Below, piece by piece: positions 8,840-19,069 of a stretch of DNA of 64,000 bases. A program made the position numbers and the translations under genes. A model generated the notes under the pieces. The model was not told where the DNA came from and ran no database searches. It saw only the letters and a program-made list of their open reading frames with translations. Within the stretch, counting starts at the first letter, position 1. Every line of letters starts with the position of its first letter. This stretch comes from an uncultured Candidatus Saccharibacteria bacterium. Lineage in GTDB: Bacteria; Patescibacteriota; Dojkabacteria; GCA-002793355. The stretch spans positions 129,230 to 193,229 of the forward strand of contig CAZGEO010000002.1 of NCBI GenBank assembly GCA_964525295.1. The letters are read 5' to 3'.

Positions 8840-9829
8840 ATGGATGTGCTGAAAAAAGGTTTGCAAATTGTTAGAAGAAAACCGGTAAGGATTTTGCAGC
8901 TTTTAGGATTCATTCCTTTTAGTATCTTTTCATTGGTTCTTTTCCTTTTTCTTTTTTCAGCTCAATATAGTGTTTTAAGAAGGCAACTCTTTGTTCAGCA
9001 TATTATCGATACTTATATTGCTCAAGATAAATTCCAAGTGGGTTTTTCGCCCGATCAATATACTATTCTTACCTATGATTTAACGAAAAAGCCGAAAATT
9101 GATACGTGTATGGTATTGCAACCTGTCCAAATTCAATTACCGGGGCGTGCAATTCCAGTTTTTACCTGTGCAGACTCAGATGCTTCAGTTTTAGGAGAAA
9201 TTTTTCCAGGACAGTCACACGAAATTTCGGGTGAAACTCCGGTGGTCTTTGCGGGTAAAATTATTGCGGCTACACCGGTAGAGAAAACTGCACGAATGGA
9301 ATTTGAACAGGTCGCTTATGCAACGGAAACGTGGTATTCGAATGATATTGAAGATGGAAAAAAAATTGTTAAACAGGCTGGCCAGCCAGGTGTTAGAGCA
9401 AAAGTGATTGAAGAAATCGTTTATCCTGATAACCAAAAGAAGACGCAGGTGATTTCTAGCTGGATGGAAAAAGAGCCTGTAATTGAGAAGGTTGAGATAG
9501 GTACTAAACGAATTATGAAAACTGCAACGATTGACGGGGTAACATTTCAGTATTGGAAAACCCTAGATGTTGTTGCTACATCCTATGATAAAAACTGCAA
9601 GGGGTGTAATGAGTGGACTGCTACCGGGGCATATTTGAAGAAAGGAATAGTCGCGGTTGATCCGAAGGTTATTAAAATGCATACGAAAATGTACATCCCT
9701 GGCTATGGTTTTGGACAGGCAGAAGATACCGGTGGCGCAATCAAAGGAAACAAGATAGATCTAGCGTTTGATGATGTTAGATACGGAAACTGGAGCAAGA
9801 GGACGGTTACTATTTATTTAATTAACTAG
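8840..9829 (+). CDS. membrane-anchored 3D-domain protein (MltA-like / YabE-YuiC-like cell-wall-binding domain)
   Basis: 329 aa; N-terminal TM; C-terminus ATSYDKNCKGC...GYGFGQAEDTGGAIKGNKIDLAFDD matches 3D domain with its three conserved Asp. Confidence 0.6.
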   Translation: MDVLKKGLQIVRRKPVRILQLLGFIPFSIFSLVLFLFLFSAQYSVLRRQLFVQHIIDTYIAQDKFQVGFSPDQYTILTYDLTKKPKIDTCMVLQPVQIQLPGRAIPVFTCADSDASVLGEIFPGQSHEISGETPVVFAGKIIAATPVEKTARMEFEQVAYATETWYSNDIEDGKKIVKQAGQPGVRAKVIEEIVYPDNQKKTQVISSWMEKEPVIEKVEIGTKRIMKTATIDGVTFQYWKTLDVVATSYDKNCKGCNEWTATGAYLKKGIVAVDPKVIKMHTKMYIPGYGFGQAEDTGGAIKGNKIDLAFDDVRYGNWSKRTVTIYLIN

Positions 9830-9917
9830 TTTGTTAGTTCCGTAGTTTTCTTTAATAGTTAATATTTAATTTTCAATATTGATTAGCTATTATTTATTAA
9901 GTATTAACTATTAACAA

Positions 9918-10613
9918 TCAATACTTTGAGATAATGACGTCCTGTTCGTAGTAGAAGAGTTCTGTTTTGCCAGCTGTAATGTCTTTTATTATTTGTAGGT
10001 CATATTCGCCTGCATCGATATTGTTTTCTTCAAATTTGAGTGCGTTTGAAATATTTGTCCAAAAATTTTTACCATGCTCGTTTTGTTGCACCAACTCACC
10101 ACTTGGTTCTGACGCTATACAATAATGATAGAGCGAATCTTCGATGACTTCATTGTCGTTGTTCCTGCGGATTTTTCGCAATATTCCAGCAAGCGAAAAA
10201 TCCGCAACTAACCCTGCTTCCTCGAGAAGCTTTCGTTTTGCTGCGTCAATTACTTTTTCACCATATAAGATTTTTCCGGCAATTGTTGTCGTGTCGCCAA
10301 TAAACGGATTGCGCAGTCTTTCTTGCATCAGAAGTTCTGTCTTGTTATTGCGAAACACGACCAGTGCGACAGATGACTTAAAATATTTACGTGGATTGCC
10401 TTCGATATCTAGTTGCGACACATATTGCATACCATTTTGAGTTAGCTGATAGCCAATCTCTAGTTTCTGAATGTAGCCAGTTTTAACTAACTGTTGCAAA
10501 TGGTAATTAAATAAATCGTTTTCGATTCCAGGGATCATTAATTGAGCATAACGTTTGGAACTATCAGATTTCATCAGCAGAACAAGGATTTGAGTTTGAA
10601 TTGAGTGAAGCAT
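9918..10613 (-). CDS. winged-HTH plus Nudix hydrolase fusion protein (NrtR-like architecture)
   Basis: 231 aa; N-terminal wHTH-like segment, Nudix box GKILYGEKVIDAAKRKLLEEAGL. Confidence 0.6.
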   Translation of the reverse strand: MLHSIQTQILVLLMKSDSSKRYAQLMIPGIENDLFNYHLQQLVKTGYIQKLEIGYQLTQNGMQYVSQLDIEGNPRKYFKSSVALVVFRNNKTELLMQERLRNPFIGDTTTIAGKILYGEKVIDAAKRKLLEEAGLVADFSLAGILRKIRRNNDNEVIEDSLYHYCIASEPSGELVQQNEHGKNFWTNISNALKFEENNIDAGEYDLQIIKDITAGKTELFYYEQDVIISKY

Positions 10614-10690
10614 CGTTAATTATGCCGAAGTCACATTCACTTGTCCATGACGGATGAAAGTGCTGGATTTTCTCAATTGAAAATTGATAA

Positions 10691-10719
10691 TTGAGAATTG
10701 CAAATTAATATAGTATAAT
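10691..10719 (+). promoter_or_regulatory. candidate sigma70-type promoter for fusA operon (TTGAGA-17 nt-TATAAT)
   Basis: -35 TTGAGA 10691-10696, -10 TATAAT 10714-10719, ~80 nt upstream of fusA start. Confidence 0.3.
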
Positions 10720-10799
10720 CGCACGTTCCCTACATCTTAACGCACTAGTGAAGGTGGAAAAATTTTGGGAAATTGATATTTTAAATAAAAAGAAAAGGT

Positions 10800-12893
10800 A
10801 TGGCAAAAGCCGAAAACGTTAAGATCGACCTCCATTTGGTTCGAAACTTTGGTACGATTGCTCACATTGATGCGGGTAAAACGACCACTTCTGAAAGAAT
10901 CCTTTATTTTACTGGTAAAACCCACAAGGTTGGTGAAGTGCACGAAGGTGCCGCAACCATGGACTACCTCGCAGAAGAAAAAGCAAGAGGCGTAACTATC
11001 GTTGCAGCAGCAACTACCTGTTTCTGGACAAAAGACAGTATTAAACACCGTTTGAACTTGATTGATACCCCAGGGCACGTAGATTTTACGGCAGAAGTTG
11101 AGCGATCACTTCGCGTACTTGACGGTGCAGTTGTTATTTTCGATGGTAAAACGGGTGTTCAGGCTCAAACCGAAACGGTATGGAGACAAGCAGATAAATA
11201 TAATGTTCCTCGATTGTGTTTTGTTAACAAATTAAACATTGTCGGTGGTGATTTTGCAGCAAGCTTGAAATCCATTCAAGAAAGACTATCAAAGAATGCA
11301 ACTGCAATTGCGTTACCAATCGGTGCAGAAGATCAACTTCATGGTTTGATCGATCTTTTGGATATGAAAGCATATTCATATAAAGACATTAACCAATTCG
11401 AATTAGATGAAATCGCAGTCCCAGCGGAACTAGAAGCGAAGGCTCGCGAATACCGCAATATTCTTATCGAGAAGATTGTTGAATTTGATGACAAGTTGAT
11501 GGAACAATACCTCGAAGGAAAAGAAATTTCAGTTGCAGATTTGAAGAAGACCTTGCGAAAAGGTGTTATTTCGAGTGGAATCTTCCCAGTTCTTGGTGGA
11601 GACTCACGAAGCCCAATTACTCGAAAACTTCTTGACTGTATCGTTGATTATCTTCCATCTCCAATGGATGTTCCTCCAGTTGAAGGTACAAATCCAAAAA
11701 CGAAAGAGACCGTTGTGCGTCATCCAGATGAAAAAGAACCATTGTCAGCATTGGTCTTTAAGGTCGTTAGCGATGAGCATGTTGGAACTTTGTCATATGT
11801 ACGTGTTTACTCGGGAGTATTGAAGCCAGGTACCTATGTTTGGAACTCAACACAGAATGAAATGGAACGCGTTGGCCGTGTACTTCTTATCCACGCTGCT
11901 CACAGAGAAGAAGTTGAAGAACTTCGCGCAGGTGAGATCGGTGGTGTTGTAGGATTCAAAAAGAGTGTGACAGGTGATACATTGTCAGATCAAACAAGTC
12001 CAGTTGTTCTCGAAAACATTACCTTTGCAGAACCAGTCGTTTCAGCTTCTATCTTCCCAATGACAAAGCAAGACTCAGAGAAGATGGCAGATGTACTTGC
12101 AAAAGTGCAGGTTGAAGATCCAACGATCAAGGTTAAAGTTGATTCAGAAACCGGTGAAACAATTATCATGGGTATGGGACAATTCCACTTGCAGATTTGG
12201 ACAGAACGTATGGCAAGCGCAATGGGTCTACAGACACGTTTGGGTGAACCAAAGGTCGCATACCGTGAATCAATTGGCACTGCAATCAAGTCTGAAGGAA
12301 AATTCGTTCGTCAATCTGGTGGTAAGGGTCAGTATGGTCACTGTTGGTTGAGACTCGAGCCTCAGGAACGAGGAGTAGGATTTGAATTCGCCGACGAAAT
12401 TAAGGGTGGGGCAATTCCACGTGAATATGTTCCTGCAATTAAGAAAGGTGTTGAAGAAGCTCTTCAATCAGGTGTCGTCGCAGGTTACCCAGTAGTAGAT
12501 GTTAAGGTTACGGTTTACGATGGTTCATATCACGAAGTTGACTCATCAGAGTCAGCCTTCAAGGTAGCGGGTGCTACAGCCTTCAAAGATGGTCAAAAGG
12601 CTGCGCAACCATACCTTCTTGAACCAATTATGAAGATTGAAGTCATGGTTCCAGATCAGTACGTAGGTGAAGTCACCGGCTTACTCAACAGTAAGAGGTC
12701 ACAAATCCAGGGTACAAATGAGAAATTCGGGTTGCAAGTTATCTTGGCCGATATCCCATTGTCTGAAACATTTGACTTCACAACTAAGCTTCGCGCGGTA
12801 ACTTCTGGGCGTGGTTCTTCCTACATGGAATTCTCACACTACGATAGAGTACCAAACTCAATCGTTGCTCAGCTCGCAGCAGGCGGAAAATAG
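10800..12893 (+). CDS. fusA: translation elongation factor G
   Basis: 697 aa; AHIDAGKTTTSERIL, DTPGHVDF, full EF-G domain order. Confidence 0.95.
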   Translation: MAKAENVKIDLHLVRNFGTIAHIDAGKTTTSERILYFTGKTHKVGEVHEGAATMDYLAEEKARGVTIVAAATTCFWTKDSIKHRLNLIDTPGHVDFTAEVERSLRVLDGAVVIFDGKTGVQAQTETVWRQADKYNVPRLCFVNKLNIVGGDFAASLKSIQERLSKNATAIALPIGAEDQLHGLIDLLDMKAYSYKDINQFELDEIAVPAELEAKAREYRNILIEKIVEFDDKLMEQYLEGKEISVADLKKTLRKGVISSGIFPVLGGDSRSPITRKLLDCIVDYLPSPMDVPPVEGTNPKTKETVVRHPDEKEPLSALVFKVVSDEHVGTLSYVRVYSGVLKPGTYVWNSTQNEMERVGRVLLIHAAHREEVEELRAGEIGGVVGFKKSVTGDTLSDQTSPVVLENITFAEPVVSASIFPMTKQDSEKMADVLAKVQVEDPTIKVKVDSETGETIIMGMGQFHLQIWTERMASAMGLQTRLGEPKVAYRESIGTAIKSEGKFVRQSGGKGQYGHCWLRLEPQERGVGFEFADEIKGGAIPREYVPAIKKGVEEALQSGVVAGYPVVDVKVTVYDGSYHEVDSSESAFKVAGATAFKDGQKAAQPYLLEPIMKIEVMVPDQYVGEVTGLLNSKRSQIQGTNEKFGLQVILADIPLSETFDFTTKLRAVTSGRGSSYMEFSHYDRVPNSIVAQLAAGGK

Positions 12894-12903
12894 GTGATGG
12901 AGT

Positions 12904-12961
12904 AGTGCGATTTGCCGAAAGGCAAATCGCACTGCAGTGAAAAAGATACAAAATGATACAA
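12904..12961 (+). other. structured intergenic element: perfect 13-bp stem with GAAA tetraloop, followed by 9-nt direct repeat GATACAAAA x2
   Basis: agtgcgatttgcc-gaaa-ggcaaatcgcact at 12904-12933; gatacaaaa at 12943-12951 and 12953-12961; no T-run follows, so not a classic terminator. Confidence 0.5.
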
Positions 12962-13047
12962 AACCTCTTGCAATCGCAAGAAACATTTGGTATCATTAAG
13001 GAGCTTTTTCATAAGACTATATAAATATAATTTAAAAAGTCCAAAAG

Positions 13048-14214
13048 ATGGCAACATTTCAAAGAACAAAGCCACACTTTAATATCGGCACTCTTGGTCA
13101 CGTAGACCACGGAAAGTCAACACTTTCACGCGCAATCCTACGTGCATTCGATCCACAATGGTCAGCAACCGCTGATAAGATCGATAAAGCTCCAGAGTCA
13201 CGACAGCGTGGTATTACTATCGCAATTGCACACGTCGAATACGAAACACCAAATCGACACTATGCACACATTGACTGTCCAGGGCACAAAGACTTCATTA
13301 AGAACATGATTACCGGTGCTGCACAGTTAGACGGTGCACTCTTGGTTGTTTCTTCAACCGATGGTCCTATGCCACAGACTCGTGAACACGTACTTTTGGC
13401 TCGCCAAATTGGTGTTCCTAAACTCGCAGTTTGTATCAACAAATTTGGTGATACTGATGATGAAATTCTTGAACTCATTAAAGAAGATGTTCGTGATCTT
13501 CTTGCAAAGAATGGTTATGACCGCGAAGCACCAGTCTTCGTAATCGATGCATTCAAAGCACAAGAAGGTGATGAAACATGGTTAGGAGAAATCCGAAAGA
13601 TGTTCGACACAATCGACACATACTTCGAACTTCCACCACGTGAAGTTGACAAGCCATTCTTGATGGGTATTGAAGATGTATTCTCAATTACCGGTCGTGG
13701 TACAGTAGTAACCGGCCGTGTTGACCGAGGTACAATCAAGGTTAACGAAGAAGTCGAACTTACCGGTTTAGGTAAGAAGGCAATCAAGACAACCGCAACA
13801 GGTCTCGAAATGTTCCGCAAGTCACTCGATGAAGTAGTTGCAGGTGATAACGTTGGTGTCCTTGTTCGTGGTATCGAAAGAAAGGATGTCGAACGTGGTA
13901 TGGTCTTGGCAAAGCCAGGTTCAGTAACTATGCATACAGAATTCAAGGCAGAAGTCTACGTTTTGAAGAAAGAAGAAGGTGGTCGTCACACTGCATTCGT
14001 CAGTGGATACCGTCCACAGTTCTACATCAAGACTGCAGACGTAACTGGTGAAGTTACTCTTGATGCTGGCGTTGAAATGATTATGCCAGGTGATAACGCA
14101 AAGCTTTCAGTTAAGCTTATCGTCCCAGTTGTAATCGAAAAGGGAATGCGCTTCGCAGTTCGCGAAGGTGGTATGACCGTCGGTTCTGGTGTCGTCACCG
14201 AAATAATCAAATAG
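13048..14214 (+). CDS. tuf: translation elongation factor Tu
   Basis: 388 aa; [11 protein letters not shown]-loop, [12 protein letters not shown]; canonical EF-Tu. Confidence 0.95.
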   Translation: MATFQRTKPHFNIGTLGHVDHGKSTLSRAILRAFDPQWSATADKIDKAPESRQRGITIAIAHVEYETPNRHYAHIDCPGHKDFIKNMITGAAQLDGALLVVSSTDGPMPQTREHVLLARQIGVPKLAVCINKFGDTDDEILELIKEDVRDLLAKNGYDREAPVFVIDAFKAQEGDETWLGEIRKMFDTIDTYFELPPREVDKPFLMGIEDVFSITGRGTVVTGRVDRGTIKVNEEVELTGLGKKAIKTTATGLEMFRKSLDEVVAGDNVGVLVRGIERKDVERGMVLAKPGSVTMHTEFKAEVYVLKKEEGGRHTAFVSGYRPQFYIKTADVTGEVTLDAGVEMIMPGDNAKLSVKLIVPVVIEKGMRFAVREGGMTVGSGVVTEIIK

Positions 14215-14221
14215 GTTAGAA

Positions 14222-14247
14222 AAGGGGGGCTTCGGTCCCCCTTTTTC
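14222..14247 (+). terminator. rho-independent terminator after tuf
   Basis: GGGGGGC-TTCG-GTCCCCC hairpin followed by TTTTT. Confidence 0.7.
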
Positions 14248-14282
14248 TCGCTCTTTTACATAAAACAGGATACAGAATAAAC

Positions 14283-14606
14283 ATGGCAACAGACACAGGT
14301 GCTTATAAAATCAAGGTAAAGCTCGCTGCCTACGATATTAAATTACTTGACACGACGGTCAAGAATATCGTCGCGAACGTGCTTAAAACAGGTGCACAGG
14401 TCATTGGGCCTGTTATGCTCCCTGTTGAACGAAAGGTTTGGGCAGTTACTCGTTCTCCTCACGTGTATAAATCATCGATGGAACACTTCGAGATGAGAAC
14501 TCACAAGCGATTACTTTTAATCGCGAACTGGAACCCAAAGACAATTGAAGCCTTACAAGGCGTCAATGTCCCTGCCGGCGTATCAGTTGAATTGAATCAG
14601 AAATAG
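14283..14606 (+). CDS. rpsJ: 30S ribosomal protein S10
   Basis: 107 aa, S10 family pattern, first gene of S10 block. Confidence 0.9.
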   Translation: MATDTGAYKIKVKLAAYDIKLLDTTVKNIVANVLKTGAQVIGPVMLPVERKVWAVTRSPHVYKSSMEHFEMRTHKRLLLIANWNPKTIEALQGVNVPAGVSVELNQK

Positions 14607-14607
14607 C

Positions 14608-15186
14608 ATGACACTCTTTGGAAAGAAAATTGGAATGTCACACGTAGAGCAGGGATTTTTTGTCAAACCCGTAACAGTTCTTGATATTACAGAGAATGTT
14701 GTTGCAAAAATTTCTGACTCTAAAGTGTTGATTGGTTGGGGAAAAATTAAACACCCAACAAAGGCTCAGCTTGGTCAGTATAAAGATTTAGGTTTTGCAC
14801 CACAAGCAGTTACAGAAACTGATTTTGTTGCAGAAGGTCTTACCGTTGGTAAACTTAATCTTCCTGAATTACCTGCAAAAGTTTCAGCTACTGGAACATC
14901 AAAAGGTAAAGGATTTGCAGGTGTAGTCAAGCGATACAAATTTAGTGGTGGTCCTAAAACTCACGGTGCATCAGATCGTGAAAGAGCTCCTGGTTCAATT
15001 GGGCCGGGTACAACTCCAGGTCGTGTATTAAAAGGAACCCGTATGGCAGGCCGTATGGGTAGTGACACCGTCAAGGTCCAAAACCTTGAAGTCGTTAAGG
15101 TCTTTACCGATAACGACAAAACCTACTTAGTGCTCAAAGGTGCAGTACCTGGAGCAAATGGAAGTCTAATTCAACTTACGTGGTAA
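14608..15186 (+). CDS. rplC: 50S ribosomal protein L3
   Basis: 192 aa; GKKIGMS N-terminus, position in operon. Confidence 0.85.
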   Translation: MTLFGKKIGMSHVEQGFFVKPVTVLDITENVVAKISDSKVLIGWGKIKHPTKAQLGQYKDLGFAPQAVTETDFVAEGLTVGKLNLPELPAKVSATGTSKGKGFAGVVKRYKFSGGPKTHGASDRERAPGSIGPGTTPGRVLKGTRMAGRMGSDTVKVQNLEVVKVFTDNDKTYLVLKGAVPGANGSLIQLTW

Positions 15187-15818
15187 TGTCAGTAACTTTG
15201 CCAATATACAATTTGGATGCAAAGAAAGTAGGAGATTACTCCTATACACCTTTTGGTGAGTCACTTTCTGAGCAAACGCTCGCACAAATCATGCGAGTTT
15301 ATTTAACGAATACTCATCAAGGTACCGCGCAAGCGAAAACTCGTGGTGAAGTATCTCGTCCCGATAACAAACCATGGAGACAAAAAGGTACAGGTCGTGC
15401 TCGTCACGGTTCTAAGAACTCTCCAATTTGGGTCGGCGGTGGTGTAACTTTTGGTCCTCGTGCATATACGAAGCGAATGACACTCTCAAATGCATTGAAG
15501 CAAAAAGCGATGCGTTATCTATTAGATTTAGAGATTAGTGGCGGAAGCGTGGTTATCGTTAAAGATATGACCGAGAATGCAAAAACGAAAGATGTCGCTG
15601 CCTTCTTGCAGTCAGTTAATTCATTCAGAATTCCTGTTGTTGCAGTAGTTCAAGCAAAAGATGAAAAAACAGCTGCAATGTTCCGTAATATCCCAGGCGT
15701 AACTATTCGTAGAGCATCATTGATTTCCCCACTTGATATGAACAAAAAAGCACTTTATGTATTTGCAGAAAGTGCCCTAAATCGCTTAGTTGAAAGGGTA
15801 ACGAAACATGACGTCTAA
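15186..15818 (+). CDS. rplD: 50S ribosomal protein L4
   Basis: [15 protein letters not shown] motif; ATG at 15186 overlaps rplC stop (TAATG); the track start at 15180 is a GTG. Confidence 0.85.
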   Translation: MSVTLPIYNLDAKKVGDYSYTPFGESLSEQTLAQIMRVYLTNTHQGTAQAKTRGEVSRPDNKPWRQKGTGRARHGSKNSPIWVGGGVTFGPRAYTKRMTLSNALKQKAMRYLLDLEISGGSVVIVKDMTENAKTKDVAAFLQSVNSFRIPVVAVVQAKDEKTAAMFRNIPGVTIRRASLISPLDMNKKALYVFAESALNRLVERVTKHDV

Positions 15819-16083
15819 AGTATTTCCAGTAAAGACTGAAAAGACCTTTAAACTTGCCAATAAAGGTACATACACTTTTGCCACTATGCAAGATATGGCA
15901 AAATCTGATATAATCAAGGCGTTAAAGGAACTTTACAGTGTTGACGTTACGGATGTTACCTCTCTCGTTCGAAAAGGAAAAGAGAAAAGGAACGCTTTAA
16001 CCCGTAAAAAACATACAACTCCTTCATATAAGAAAGTGTATGTGAGACTTGCGAAAGGCCAGTCTCTAGATCTTTTTAAATAA
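15808..16083 (+). CDS. rplW: 50S ribosomal protein L23
   Basis: 91 aa, operon position between L4 and L2, L23-like sequence. Confidence 0.8.
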   Translation: MTSKVFPVKTEKTFKLANKGTYTFATMQDMAKSDIIKALKELYSVDVTDVTSLVRKGKEKRNALTRKKHTTPSYKKVYVRLAKGQSLDLFK

Positions 16084-16095
16084 TGGTGAACAAGC

Positions 16096-16923
16096 ATGGC
16101 GCTTAAAAGATATAAACCTACAACTAGTACACGCAGACAGCGAGTGATCATCGACCGATCTTCATTTGCTAAAAAAACAGCTGCGCCGAAGAGTTTGCTT
16201 AGCAACAAGAAAAGGGCTTCGGGTCGAAATAATCAAGGAAGAATTACTGTTCGCCATAAACAAGGTGGAGTAAAGAAGACATATCGAGTAATCGACTTTA
16301 AACGCGATAACTTTGATATTGTTGGAACTGTTATCTCCATTGAATATGATCCAGGACGAACCGCTGCAATTGCATTAGTAAGTTTTGCAAATGGTGATAA
16401 AAGATTCATTCTTGCACCAGAAGGTATGGTCGTTGGTTCAAAAGTTGTCTCCAGTAAAAAAGAAGTAGCATTAGAACCAGGTAACGCAACAATCCTCAAG
16501 AATATTCCATCAGGTTTTTATGTTCACTGTGTTGAATCAGAACCAGGTCGAGGCGCAAGCATTGGCCGTTCAGCAGGTATGGCAATTCAAGTACAGGGTT
16601 CAGTTGGTAAGTATGTTCAAGTTAAAATGCCATCTGGTGAAATCAAATTGATTCATGGCGAGTCTCTCGCGACTCTTGGTAAAGCATCTAACGAAGATCA
16701 CATGCACGAAGTCATTGGAAGTGCTGGTACACACCGCAGAATGGGTGTTCGTCCAGGCGTCCGTGGTGTAGCAATGCATGCTCAGCAGCACCCACACGGT
16801 GGTGGTGAAGGTAAAACCGGAACTGGTGGTCCAGCAAAGGATATTTACGGTCATCGCGTAGGTAAGAGAACCCGAAATAACAGAAGAACTGATAAGTTCA
16901 TTCTTAAGAGAAGAACTAAGTAA
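16096..16923 (+). CDS. rplB: 50S ribosomal protein L2
   Basis: 275 aa; HGGGEGK motif. Confidence 0.95.
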   Translation: MALKRYKPTTSTRRQRVIIDRSSFAKKTAAPKSLLSNKKRASGRNNQGRITVRHKQGGVKKTYRVIDFKRDNFDIVGTVISIEYDPGRTAAIALVSFANGDKRFILAPEGMVVGSKVVSSKKEVALEPGNATILKNIPSGFYVHCVESEPGRGASIGRSAGMAIQVQGSVGKYVQVKMPSGEIKLIHGESLATLGKASNEDHMHEVIGSAGTHRRMGVRPGVRGVAMHAQQHPHGGGEGKTGTGGPAKDIYGHRVGKRTRNNRRTDKFILKRRTK

Positions 16924-16935
16924 ATCTAAATAACT

Positions 16936-17250
16936 ATGTCACGATCACTGAAAAAAGGAATATATATCACCCCGACAATACAAAAGAAAGTCGAGGCTCT
17001 ACGCGCATCTGGTAAAGCAACTGAAGTAGTTGTTAAAACCTGGGCACGTGATTGCACGATTTTCCCAGATATGGTTGGAATGAAATTTGCTGTGCACACA
17101 GGCAAAGACTTTACTACGGTACTTATTACCGAAGATATGGTAGGTCATCGCTTGGGAGAATTTGCAATTACCCGCAAATTCCAAGGTCACGCAAAGAAAG
17201 GTAAGATTTCAAAGCTCTACGGCTTCTCTGGTCGTTTCTTGAAAGATTAG
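16936..17250 (+). CDS. rpsS: 30S ribosomal protein S19
   Basis: MSRSLKKG N-terminus, 104 aa. Confidence 0.9.
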   Translation: MSRSLKKGIYITPTIQKKVEALRASGKATEVVVKTWARDCTIFPDMVGMKFAVHTGKDFTTVLITEDMVGHRLGEFAITRKFQGHAKKGKISKLYGFSGRFLKD

Positions 17251-17270
17251 TAATATGAAAGAATAGAACT

Positions 17271-17609
17271 ATGATTGTGACCGCAAAACAAATAAACATC
17301 CCAATGTCACCAAAGAAACTTGCAAGAGTTGTCGAGGTTGTCAAAGGGCATAATGCACTTAAAGCGTTAGATGAACTTAAGCTTCTTCCTCAGAAAGGTG
17401 CTTTTTATGCTCATAAGGTATTGTCTTCAGCAGTAGCAAACGCTGAACACAACTTCAAATTGGATACCTCAAAGCTTGTTATTAGTAAAATCTGGGCGTC
17501 AGATGGCATGAAGCGACTCCGCAAAATCAGATTCGCATCTCGTGGCCGTGTAACGTTCATCCGAAAATATCGATCTAACTTGTACCTAGAGTTGACTTAT
17601 GGGAAATAA
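17271..17609 (+). CDS. rplV: 50S ribosomal protein L22
   Basis: 112 aa, operon position, L22-like. Confidence 0.85.
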   Translation: MIVTAKQINIPMSPKKLARVVEVVKGHNALKALDELKLLPQKGAFYAHKVLSSAVANAEHNFKLDTSKLVISKIWASDGMKRLRKIRFASRGRVTFIRKYRSNLYLELTYGK

Positions 17610-18234
17610 GGTTAACGCCACTGGGTTTAGAATTGGAGTCATTAAGAATTGGCTCTCAACCTGGTTTAGTGGCAAAAAAGCTGATTACACGAAAAATCTT
17701 CAACAAGATTTAAAGGTTCGTGATTTCATCAACAAAACTTTTGTTGCAGCAGAAATTCAAGATATTGAAATCAACCGTGCAGCAAGCTCATTGGAAGTTA
17801 TCGTTCACGTTGGTCGTCCAGGTATGGCAATCGGTCGTGAAGGTAAGCTTATTGAGAAGGCTAAGAAAGATTTGATCCGTGAAGTTGGTACAAAAGCTGT
17901 TGATTTGCAAATTAAAGGTGTACAACAACCACAGTATTCAGCAAGAATTGTTGCACGACAAATCGCCGATGGTATCGAAAAACGTCGCTCAGTAAAATCG
18001 TTGGTAAAACGAGCTGTTGAATCAGCACAAAGAGCTGGTGTACAAGGCATCAAAATCTGGGTAGCAGGTCGTTTGACTGGTGGTGAACATGCTAACGTGT
18101 ATAAAAAACAGGTTGGTCGAGTTCCATTGCAAACACTTCGCGCAGATATCGATTATGCTTACGAACGAGCAAAATCAATGAACGCTGGTATTCTCAGTGT
18201 CAAAGTATGGATTTATAAGGGTGAAATTTATTAA
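17599..18234 (+). CDS. rpsC: 30S ribosomal protein S3
   Basis: MGNKVNATGFRIGV, KH domain region. Confidence 0.9.
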   Translation: MGNKVNATGFRIGVIKNWLSTWFSGKKADYTKNLQQDLKVRDFINKTFVAAEIQDIEINRAASSLEVIVHVGRPGMAIGREGKLIEKAKKDLIREVGTKAVDLQIKGVQQPQYSARIVARQIADGIEKRRSVKSLVKRAVESAQRAGVQGIKIWVAGRLTGGEHANVYKKQVGRVPLQTLRADIDYAYERAKSMNAGILSVKVWIYKGEIY

Positions 18235-18250
18235 AGTAAGAGAATAGATC

Positions 18251-18658
18251 ATGTTACAGCCAAACCGATTAAAATTCAGAAAACCACACGCAGTAAAGCC
18301 TGACAATAAGAAACCAGTTGTTGATCAACTCAACTTCGGTTCATTTGGTCTTATGTCACTCGAGAATGCGTTGGTTCCAGCTAATCAATTAGACGCAGTC
18401 CGCCGAGCAATCGTTGGCTACGTTAAGAGAAAAGGTAAACTTTGGATGAAAGTGTTTCCATCACATCCAGTAACTAAGCACCCTGCAGAAACTCGTATGG
18501 GTAGCGGTAAAGGTGATATCGATCATTATGCAGCCGTTGTAAAGAAAGGGAGAATCCTTTTTGAACTTGGTGGTGTTGATGAAAAAGATGCAATAGAAGC
18601 GTTTAGACGAGCAGGACACAAATTGTCAGTAAAAGTTAAGGTAGTTAAGAAGCAGTAA
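18251..18658 (+). CDS. rplP: 50S ribosomal protein L16
   Basis: [12 protein letters not shown]-terminus. Confidence 0.9.
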   Translation: MLQPNRLKFRKPHAVKPDNKKPVVDQLNFGSFGLMSLENALVPANQLDAVRRAIVGYVKRKGKLWMKVFPSHPVTKHPAETRMGSGKGDIDHYAAVVKKGRILFELGGVDEKDAIEAFRRAGHKLSVKVKVVKKQ

Positions 18659-18659
18659 C

Positions 18660-18830
18660 ATGGATAAAAACGAAATTGTAACAAAAGTGCAAGAATTGAG
18701 AAAAACTATTGCAGAAAAAAGGCTTGCCTTGGTTAAGGGTGAGCTTAAAGATACCAGCAGTCTTTCAAAAGCAAGAAAGGAACTTGCAGCATTATTGACT
18801 AAGTTAAACACCACGCAATATGGCGCGTAG
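18660..18830 (+). CDS. rpmC: 50S ribosomal protein L29 (not in supplied ORF track, 56 aa)
   Basis: Translated by hand: MDKNEIVTKVQELRKTIAEKRLALVKGELKDTSSLSKARKELAALLTKLNTTQYGA; fits L29 length, pattern and position; overlaps rpsQ start. Confidence 0.8.
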   Translation: MDKNEIVTKVQELRKTIAEKRLALVKGELKDTSSLSKARKELAALLTKLNTTQYGA

Positions 18831-19068
18831 TGCCCTCCAAGGAGAAATTACCAAGATCAGTGGTAACAAAACATATCGCGTAACGATTCAGTACAAGAAA
18901 ATGAATCCGTTATATAGAAAAATTGTTTCATTCAAGAAGTCATTCCTCGCACATAGCGAAAATGATCATCAAGTTGGTGAAAAAGTTGAGATTATTCCAG
19001 CTTCACGCCGAATGTCAAAAATGAAACATTACGTAATTGTTGAAAACGCTAAGGTAACCAAGAACTAG
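18820..19068 (+). CDS. rpsQ: 30S ribosomal protein S17
   Basis: 82 aa, S17 OB-fold pattern, position. Confidence 0.85.
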   Translation: MARSALQGEITKISGNKTYRVTIQYKKMNPLYRKIVSFKKSFLAHSENDHQVGEKVEIIPASRRMSKMKHYVIVENAKVTKN

Positions 19069-19069
19069 T

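Noticed and set aside
13515-13946. Antisense ORFs inside tuf (and similar ones inside fusA, rplB, rpsE/rplO, secY, rny, 1054-2634 and 2647-5598)
   Set aside because: They lie opposite or out-of-frame to strongly conserved genes and have low-complexity S/T/P/R-rich translations. They are classic spurious ORFs.
13048-14214. EF-Tu P-loop reads GHVDHGKST (Ser) rather than the usual GKTT
   Set aside because: The Walker A consensus is GK[ST], so this is a conservative lineage variant, not evidence of a pseudogene or paralogue.
14255-14282. Putative promoter (TTTACA...TAAACA) directly upstream of rpsJ
   Set aside because: The -10 match is weak and leaves no room for a 5' UTR or RBS before the ATG at 14283. 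It is not reported.
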